Assembly: GCA_947372745.1 (NCBI GenBank)
Contig: CANBUY010000003.1
Coordinates: forward strand, 1-24,000
Origin: Comamonadaceae bacterium
Lineage (GTDB): Bacteria > Pseudomonadota > Gammaproteobacteria > Burkholderiales > Burkholderiaceae_C
Length of the DNA: 24,000 nucleotides
Direction of reading: 5' to 3'
Each line of letters starts with the position of its first letter. Position 1 is the stretch's first letter. Positions 1 through 5,913 of the stretch are shown here, piece after piece. The position numbers and the translations under genes are program-made. The notes below the pieces were generated by a model. The model was not told the origin of the DNA and made no database searches. It saw only the letters and a list, made by a program, of their open reading frames with translations.

Positions 1-716
1 GCGGCACCGGCCTTGTGTTGGGCGACACCGTCAGCTACACCCAAACCAGCGCCAACTTTGCGGACAAAAACGCAGGCCTTGGCAAAACCGTCACCGTCAG
101 CGGCATTCGCCTAAGCGGGCTTGATGGTGCCAACTACAAAGCCAACACCACTACAACCACCACCGCCAGCATCACGCCCAAGGCCATCACTGTCACCGCA
201 ATGGGCATCAACAAAGTTTATGACGCCAGCCTCAATGATGCAGTCACCCTGAAAGCCACCGGCGTGATCAGCGGCGATGTGTTTGGATTGAGCAGCGCTG
301 CGGTATTTGCCGACAAAAACGTCGGTGAATCGAAGCCGGTGACTGTCAGCGGGATCACGCTAACCGGCCTGAATGCAGGGAGCAATCCGATGAACTACAT
401 CATCCGCAACCCCATCACCAACAATAACTCCACCTCAACCACTGCCACCATCACACCCAAAGTAATCGTGGTCACCGCTGCGGGTATCAACAAAGTTTAT
501 GACGGCACGCTCAATGACGAGGTGACTTTGAAAAGCACGGGTCTCATTGAAGGCGATGTGGTGACGCTCACCAAAACGAGTGCGCTCTTTGCGACCACGA
601 CGGTGGGCACGGGCAAAGCAGTCAGTGTCAAAGGCATTGCAATAGAAGGCGCCGATGCGGGTAACTACAAGGCCAACACCACGGCGACGACTTCGGCATC
701 TATCACCGCGCCTTAA
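1..716 (+). CDS. 3' end of a large repeat-rich exoprotein/adhesin (YDG-motif repeats; putative TpsA / filamentous-haemagglutinin-like passenger); 5' end lies outside the window
   Basis: This frame is open from the window edge (codons from nt 3) to TAA 714-716, so the GTG at 15 is only the first start-like codon. The translation shows tandem units with ITPK-x-I-x-VTA-x-GINKVYD(A/G)(S/T)LND-x-VTLK-x-TG-x-I-x-GDV, then FADKN-x-G-x-x-K-x-VTVSGI-x-L-x-G and NYKANTT. It is Thr/Asn/Gly/Val-rich with no Cys, as in secreted beta-rich adhesins. A ShlB/FhaC-type transporter is encoded downstream at 3964. Confidence 0.6.
   Translation, partial: GTGLVLGDTVSYTQTSANFADKNAGLGKTVTVSGIRLSGLDGANYKANTTTTTTASITPKAITVTAMGINKVYDASLNDAVTLKATGVISGDVFGLSSAAVFADKNVGESKPVTVSGITLTGLNAGSNPMNYIIRNPITNNNSTSTTATITPKVIVVTAAGINKVYDGTLNDEVTLKSTGLIEGDVVTLTKTSALFATTTVGTGKAVSVKGIAIEGADAGNYKANTTATTSASITAP
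171..713 (+). repeat. Two tandem ~93-aa (about 279-bp) coding repeats (YDG-type adhesin repeat units) inside the exoprotein gene
   Basis: The ITPK motif recurs at aa 53 and 146 of the listed ORF, and ITAP at 230. GINKVYD(A/G)(S/T)LND recurs at aa 64-75 and 157-168. The DNA stretch atcaacaaagtttatgacg occurs at about 208 and about 487. Confidence 0.6.
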
Positions 717-736
717 ATCTTAGATTAACAAACAGG

Positions 737-820
737 TAAACATAACCTTCAAACCAAACCATTTCAAAACACTTCAAATACCAAAATCAACTTCATAAAT
801 CAAACCACTAAATATTCATC
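737..820 (+). promoter_or_regulatory. G-free, C/A-rich 84-nt leader/promoter region upstream of the first curlin gene, with no Shine-Dalgarno sequence
   Basis: I found no G between G736 and the ATG at 821. TTCAAA occurs at 748, 763 and 773, and TTCATAAA at 792. The stretch is strikingly AT-rich compared with flanking DNA. The exact promoter could not be called. Confidence 0.3.
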
Positions 821-1285
821 ATGAACTATAAATTTAAATCCCTCTTCATTGCCTCTATCTTGGCTCTGGCAACTACGCACTCATTTGCACAGACTGCACC
901 TGCAGTTGGCACCACACTCGGCGACCTTCAAAGTGCAACAACGTTCGATCAAGCCGGGATGGATACAGCTATTCGGGACTCTGTTGGAGAACTCTCTTTA
1001 AATTACGCAGGAGCCTTAACAGGAGGCGTGCCAACACTAACAAAAAGTGCTGCTGTGATCTTGCAAGTATCCGATACCAGCTTCGCATTTATTGAACAAG
1101 TAGCCATCTTAGCTACGGACCTTAATTACGCTGTAATTGATCAAACGGCCGCGGATAACAATGCTTATATCTTGCAGACGGGTTCTCAAAATTATGCTTC
1201 AATTGTTCAAGGTGGTATTGCTCCATCGGTGGCATATATATCTCAAAATGGAGCTACCAATAGAGCCATCATCAATCAAAAGTAA
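821..1285 (+). CDS. Curlin subunit (CsgA/CsgB family), 154 aa, secreted
   Basis: The N-terminal signal peptide is MNYKFKSLFIASILALATTHSFA-Q. The C-terminal half carries curlin repeats of the form Q-x-G-x-x-N-x-A-x-x-x-Q, for example AYILQTGSQNYASIVQ and AYISQNGATNRAIINQ. It lies directly upstream of csgE-csgF-csgG. Confidence 0.8.
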   Translation: MNYKFKSLFIASILALATTHSFAQTAPAVGTTLGDLQSATTFDQAGMDTAIRDSVGELSLNYAGALTGGVPTLTKSAAVILQVSDTSFAFIEQVAILATDLNYAVIDQTAADNNAYILQTGSQNYASIVQGGIAPSVAYISQNGATNRAIINQK

Positions 1286-1300
1286 AACTTGACCCCAAGA

Positions 1301-1374
1301 AAAGAACAGGAATAAACCCCTACCTCCTTGCCTGAAATACGGGGCAATAGTTGAAACTGGGGTGTTCTTTTTTT
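1301..1374 (+). terminator. Possible leaky intrinsic terminator/attenuator between the curlin gene and csgE
   Basis: AAAGAACA (1301-1308) and CCCC (1317-1320) can pair with the contiguous GGGGTGTTCTTT (1359-1370), which is followed by a T7 run (1368-1374). The loop is long and the stem interrupted, so this is not a canonical terminator. Confidence 0.2.
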
Positions 1375-1380
1375 ATCGCC

Positions 1381-1812
1381 ATGATTACCCAAAGATTATT
1401 CCTTTCGGCACTTGCTTTTGCGGCGAGTGGGCTGGTTTGCGTGTATGCGCAATCCCTCCCGCAAGATAATGCAAAAAATAACGACAACGGCATTAGCGGC
1501 CTGATTGTCAACATGACGCGCACGCCTGACGGGCTTGATTTTTACCGCAGCTTTCTGGAGTTTTGGCGTGAAAAGCCGGACAGCGAAAGGTACTCGCTGG
1601 AGATTGGCGAGCGTTCGTCCAAGCGTTTGGGAAACCAGGTGTGGGTGATGTATGGTCAAAAACGAGTATTTACAGCCAACTTACCCTTCAAACTAGACAA
1701 GATCCGAGCCGTTAGTGAGCAGGCAGCCGACACCACGCACGAGGCCTTGATTGCCATGGCGCTGCAGCTAGACGCCCCGCGCGACCCCGACATCGCCGGC
1801 GATGAACTCTGA
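1381..1812 (+). CDS. csgE: Curli production assembly/transport component CsgE
   Basis: GLIVNMTRTPDGLDFYRSFLEFWRE ... IGERSSKRLGNQVWVMYGQKRVF ... PDIAGDEL aligns by eye with E. coli CsgE ([24 protein letters not shown] ... [21 protein letters not shown] ... DLAHDEF). The ATG at 1381 gives a clean signal peptide, MITQRLFLSALAFAASGLVCVYA-Q. The track's TTG at 1351 is an alternative start. Confidence 0.85.
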   Translation: MITQRLFLSALAFAASGLVCVYAQSLPQDNAKNNDNGISGLIVNMTRTPDGLDFYRSFLEFWREKPDSERYSLEIGERSSKRLGNQVWVMYGQKRVFTANLPFKLDKIRAVSEQAADTTHEALIAMALQLDAPRDPDIAGDEL

Positions 1813-1854
1813 GGCCACCCGACGTAACCCATAACTTTTTAAAGAGACTTCTTT

Positions 1855-2301
1855 ATGTTCTATTTAAGGAATAACTTTCGCCCTGCTCTGGTTTGCCCAG
1901 CTATTTTGCTCACGCTAAGCCTTGGCGCAGGTGCCACTGAGATGGTCTACACCCCCATCAACCCCAGCTTTGGCGGCAACCCCAACAATGCACCCGGTTT
2001 GCTTTCTATAGCCCAAGTGCAAAACAGCATGCGGGCGCCGGTCGTTGTCTCTACCGTGGTGCCGCTGACGGCGGTTGAAAAATTCAGCGCCTCACTGAAT
2101 AGTTTGATTTTGAACCGCCTGGCCTCCGAAACCATGGCTACCCTGTTTGGCACCTCCTCCTTGCTTAAAGCGGGCACTTATACGGCGGGCGACTTTACGG
2201 TCACAATTTCGCAGCCGGACAGCAGCAGCAACCTGACCATCGTGACCAGCGACAAGGCTGGAAATTCATCGACTATTGAGATTGCACCAGGTACATTATG
2301 A
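1855..2301 (+). CDS. csgF: Curli assembly component CsgF
   Basis: A signal peptide is followed by YTPINPSFGGNPNNAPGLLSIAQVQNS, matching the E. coli CsgF N-terminus [27 protein letters not shown]. Its stop overlaps the csgG start (ATGA at 2298-2301). Confidence 0.85.
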   Translation: MFYLRNNFRPALVCPAILLTLSLGAGATEMVYTPINPSFGGNPNNAPGLLSIAQVQNSMRAPVVVSTVVPLTAVEKFSASLNSLILNRLASETMATLFGTSSLLKAGTYTAGDFTVTISQPDSSSNLTIVTSDKAGNSSTIEIAPGTL

Positions 2302-3368
2302 GTAGTGCAGACTTCAGCAAGTGCTTGTTGCGAGGGGTTAGCGTGCTGTGCATGGCCGTTTATTTAAGCGCCTGCGGTACAGTGCCTGCCTCCAACGTTA
2401 AATCCAATGCAAAGTTATCCCCGGTCTCGCGCATCACTCTTGATTTAGTCCAGTTGCCCAAGCCTAAAGACAAAATAGCCGTAGCGGTGTACGCCTTTCG
2501 GGACCAAACCGGGCAGTTCAAACCTTCACCTGACAGCTCGTATTCAACCTCTGTCACCCAAGGGGCCGCATCGATGTTGGTCAAGGCCCTCAACGACTCA
2601 GGCTGGTACACACCGGTGGAGCGTGAGGGCTTACAGAACCTGCTGACCGAGCGCAAGATTGTGCGCGCCATTGAGTCCACCACCGAAAAAGGCAAGCCCG
2701 CCATCAACCTGCCCGGCCTGATGCCGGCCAGCCTGATTATTGAAGGCGGTGTGATTGCTTATGAATCCAACGTGCGCACCGGCGGCAAGGGCGCCAACTA
2801 CTTAGGGATTGGTGCCAACGACTCTTACCGTATAGACCAGGTCACCGTCAACCTGCGCATGGTGGATATTCGCAGTGGGCAAGTGCTAGACACCGTGTCG
2901 GTGACCAAAACGATTTACTCCTACCAGTTCAACTCCAGCATTTATGCCTTTGTGTCTTACCAGCGCCTGCTACAAGAAGAAGCGGGTTTTACCACCAATG
3001 AGCCGGCCCAACTGGCGGTGCGCGAAGCCATAGAGTCTGCGGTCATCCACCTCACCGCACAAGGTGTGCGCGACCGGCTGCTTACCCTAGAAAGCGACGA
3101 AGATATCAATGCCCCCGTTATTCAAGCCTACTTAAAAGAGACCCAAGAGAGTGTGCGCGGCGTTCCCACACCTGAGAACGCGCCCAACATTGGGTTTACC
3201 GAACGTTCAGCAAAAAACCAACTCTCAGCCGTGCGCCCGCTCATGCCCCAAGCAGCTGACCCCACCAGCCTGAAGATATCCACCTCGCTCTCTCCGCCAC
3301 CAGAAAAGACCGTTTATGGCGACGACAGTAGTTTTTCAATGAGCGCAACGCAAGAGACATTGCGCTAA
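2298..3368 (+). CDS. csgG: Curli secretion channel lipoprotein CsgG, with a C-terminal extension of roughly 75 aa
   Basis: There is a lipobox, L-S-A-C. Colinear similarity to E. coli CsgG is strong: KIAVAVYAFRDQTGQFKP, GAASMLVKALNDSGWYTPVEREGLQNLLTERKIVRA, IIEGGVIAYESNVRTGGKGANYLGIGA, VTVNLRMVDIRSGQVL and GFTTNEPAQLAVREAIE. The Pro/Ser-rich tail after about aa 280 has no E. coli counterpart. Confidence 0.9.
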   Translation: MSSADFSKCLLRGVSVLCMAVYLSACGTVPASNVKSNAKLSPVSRITLDLVQLPKPKDKIAVAVYAFRDQTGQFKPSPDSSYSTSVTQGAASMLVKALNDSGWYTPVEREGLQNLLTERKIVRAIESTTEKGKPAINLPGLMPASLIIEGGVIAYESNVRTGGKGANYLGIGANDSYRIDQVTVNLRMVDIRSGQVLDTVSVTKTIYSYQFNSSIYAFVSYQRLLQEEAGFTTNEPAQLAVREAIESAVIHLTAQGVRDRLLTLESDEDINAPVIQAYLKETQESVRGVPTPENAPNIGFTERSAKNQLSAVRPLMPQAADPTSLKISTSLSPPPEKTVYGDDSSFSMSATQETLR

Positions 3369-3384
3369 ATAGGTGAATCATTTT

Positions 3385-3960
3385 ATGTTTAATAAAAATT
3401 TCTATCTTTTCCTTTGGGCAGCACTCACCATGCCATCTTTGATGTGCTCTTCAGCGTTTGCTGCAGACATCAATCCTTTTTCAGATTTAACTGCCTTTAA
3501 CTACTTTGTTGACCAGGGGGGTCTAAAGAGCATTGCTCAAATTAACCAAGATGGACCGGATAACTTCAGTGAGATCAATCAAATTTCAGACCCGAGCAGC
3601 GCTTTAGGAAATTTCGCAGAGATCTTTCAAACAGGCAGTTCCAACGAAGCCCATGTAAAGCAAGATGGCCAAATTAACAAAGTGACCATCAATCAAACAG
3701 GTACAGACAACTACGCCATCACAGACCAGGCAGGCACAGCCAACTCTATTGTTTTAACGCAATCGGGCGATGGCAATACCTTTGCAGGCAACCAATACGG
3801 AACTTTTAACAGCATTGAGGTGATCCAGCCGGGGTCGGCACTTTCTACAATCACGATCAATGGCAACCATAATGCAGTTACACTTAATCAAAAGTTTCGC
3901 GGCGAATACAACATCACGCTTACAAGTGACAACATGATCTACACCGTGACCCAGCGCTAA
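3385..3960 (+). CDS. Curlin subunit (CsgA/CsgB family), about 191 aa, with more repeats than the first curlin
   Basis: The signal peptide is MFNKNFYLFLWAALTMPSLMCSSAFA-A. Multiple curlin half-repeats follow: IAQINQDGPDNFSEINQ, AEIFQTGSSNEAHVKQDGQINKVTINQTGTDNYAITDQAGTANSIVLTQSGDGNTFAGNQ. An SD-like AGGTGA (3371-3376) sits 8 nt before ATG 3385. The GTG at 3373 used by the track lies inside that SD and is less likely. Confidence 0.8.
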   Translation: MFNKNFYLFLWAALTMPSLMCSSAFAADINPFSDLTAFNYFVDQGGLKSIAQINQDGPDNFSEINQISDPSSALGNFAEIFQTGSSNEAHVKQDGQINKVTINQTGTDNYAITDQAGTANSIVLTQSGDGNTFAGNQYGTFNSIEVIQPGSALSTITINGNHNAVTLNQKFRGEYNITLTSDNMIYTVTQR

Positions 3961-3963
3961 GCC

Positions 3964-5604
3964 ATGTCACGCCTGCATCCCTACAAAAGTCTTCATCTAC
4001 TTTTTACCCTTCTCTCTACAGCCGCCCTCGCCGCGCCCGATGCGGGGACCTTGCTGCAGCAAATCCCCTCCCCCAATTTGCCAACGCCAGCAACCCCTGC
4101 CCAACCGCGGACAGTGGCGCCCGAAGAGCCCTTGGCACCTCAGGTTTCGGAGCGGTTTTTTGTAAAAACTATTCAGATAGCAGGCAACAAGAAAATATCG
4201 ACGGCCACCCTGCACGCCTTGGTCGCTGATGCTGAGGGAAAAAACCTGACGCTTGAAGAGCTTCAAACCGCAGTTTCCCGAATCAGCGACTACTACCAGC
4301 GCCAAGGCTACCCGCTGGCGCGCGCCATCATTCCGGCGCAAACCATCACGGATGGCTTGGTGAAGGTGCAAATCATTCTGGCTCGCTACGGCGAAATCAA
4401 AGTCAACAACACCAGTGGCGTCAGAGACCGCCTGATAGCCGCGCCACTGGCAGCCCTACAAACAGCACAAGACATAGAACAAGCCCCGCTTGACCGTGCT
4501 TTGTTGCTCATTTCAGACCTGCCTGGCATCTCGCTGAGCTCCAGCTTTACCAAGGGTGAAAGCGTCGACACGTCTGATTTTCAAATCAATGTTGCGGCCT
4601 CACCCCGTGCCTATGGTCAATTAGTGCTTGACGGCTATGGCAGCAGCTATACCGGGCGTGAACGCCTCAGTAGCACAGTGGTGTTCAACGACCCCCTAAA
4701 ACTCAGAAACAGCGACATCCTGAGCGTCAGCGTTTTAAGCTCGGGCCCAGGCATGCGCTACGGGCGCTTGTCTTACGAAGCTTTTTTAACCGGCGATGGG
4801 GTCCGCCTGGGCGGCTCCACGTCATCACTGCAATACCAGGTGCAGGGCAGCTTTGGCACTTCAGGCTCAGAGGGCTCTGCGCAAGTGAGTAGTCTTTGGG
4901 CCAAGCAAACTTTTCTCAGACAGCGCGACTTGAACCTGTATGGCCAACTCCAGTTAGACGCACTCACGCTTGCAGACACCACCTCAGAAGGCATCAACAA
5001 CCGGCGGCTGCAAAACTTCACCGTCACCCTGAATGGGGATGCCAGAGATGTACTGCTGACTGACAGAGAAAATTTCAGCACATGGAACTTGGGTGTCACA
5101 AGGGGGCGTGACTCCCGAGATTCCGAGGGTGAGTTTTTTAGGTTGAATGCCAACCTGAACCGCTTGCAGCGGCTGACAGCAACAGACAGTCTGTATTTCA
5201 ACTACACCCGGCAATGGGCCAACCGCCACCTCGACAGCTCACAACAAATGTCAGTCGCAGGCCCCAACAGCGTGCGCGCCTTTGACACGGGCGTCTCGCC
5301 CAGCGGCGATGGTGCCTCTATGCTCAACGCGGAATACCGGCGTGAACTGGGCACTATCCTGAGTGGCCAACTGACCGGGCTTGTTTTCTATGACAAAGGC
5401 GATGTCACCATCAACAAACATGGATCGGGCGAGAACAACCGTTTTACGCTAAATGGCCCTGGCCTGGGGCTGACCTGGGCAGGTCCTGATTCGTGGAGCG
5501 CCAAAGCTTTTGCGGCAACACCCACCGGAAAGGCAGCCACCGTATCGGGCGCAGGAACAGCAACAGCAACACGGCTATGGATGGAAATAGGTCGGGGGTT
5601 CTGA
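3964..5604 (+). CDS. ShlB/FhaC/HecB-family outer-membrane transporter (TpsB) of a two-partner secretion system
   Basis: A signal peptide (..LLSTAALA-AP) is followed by a POTRA-like segment, FFVKTIQIAGNKKISTATLHALV...LTLEELQTAVSRISDYYQRQGYPLARAIIPAQTITDGLVKVQIILARYGEI. A long beta-barrel-type region contains the family motif NSVRAFD (SVRG[FY]-like) and ends in an aromatic residue (..GRGF). The start lies 3 nt after the curlin stop. Confidence 0.8.
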   Translation: MSRLHPYKSLHLLFTLLSTAALAAPDAGTLLQQIPSPNLPTPATPAQPRTVAPEEPLAPQVSERFFVKTIQIAGNKKISTATLHALVADAEGKNLTLEELQTAVSRISDYYQRQGYPLARAIIPAQTITDGLVKVQIILARYGEIKVNNTSGVRDRLIAAPLAALQTAQDIEQAPLDRALLLISDLPGISLSSSFTKGESVDTSDFQINVAASPRAYGQLVLDGYGSSYTGRERLSSTVVFNDPLKLRNSDILSVSVLSSGPGMRYGRLSYEAFLTGDGVRLGGSTSSLQYQVQGSFGTSGSEGSAQVSSLWAKQTFLRQRDLNLYGQLQLDALTLADTTSEGINNRRLQNFTVTLNGDARDVLLTDRENFSTWNLGVTRGRDSRDSEGEFFRLNANLNRLQRLTATDSLYFNYTRQWANRHLDSSQQMSVAGPNSVRAFDTGVSPSGDGASMLNAEYRRELGTILSGQLTGLVFYDKGDVTINKHGSGENNRFTLNGPGLGLTWAGPDSWSAKAFAATPTGKAATVSGAGTATATRLWMEIGRGF

Positions 5605-5723
5605 CGCTATTTTCTGCTCGCCGAAATAGAACCTAAAAAAAGGGTTTTATCCAGCTTTAAATAAAATCACCTTGCCAGATGATGGGACTATGAACCCTAT
5701 CCCTCATCTCGGCTTTTTTGGAA

Positions 5724-5750
5724 CTATTGCATGCACAAGCCATGCAATAG
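5724..5750. promoter_or_regulatory. Perfect 10-bp inverted repeat (CTATTGCATG-N7-CATGCAATAG) in the 309-bp region upstream of the chemosensory operon; candidate operator or RNA hairpin
   Basis: Read directly from the sequence: arm 1 is 5724-5733, the loop is 5734-5740, and arm 2 is 5741-5750. A second, weaker IR, TTTGCAA-N7-TTGCAAA, lies at 5835-5855. Confidence 0.25.
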
Positions 5751-5913
5751 CCCGCCAAGCCTTGGTCAATGGAATACCAGGTTTGCGCTCTCCCACTGAC
5801 GGCTGCCTATTTTTGCTCAGCTTAAGTCCCTGCATTTGCAAAGCAACGTTGCAAACAACCCCGCAATCAAAACTCTTGAGCAAGATTGTCTCACCCACCA
5901 AAAGGAGCCCCAA

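Noticed and set aside
5658-5681. A sigma-28-like promoter (TAAA ... GCCAGATGA) upstream of the che operon.
   Set aside because: The spacing between TAAA and the GCC element is about 12 nt, not the roughly 15 nt of the TAAA-N15-GCCGATAA consensus. The -10 element also needs an insertion to match. I found no GG-N10-GC sigma-54 match either.
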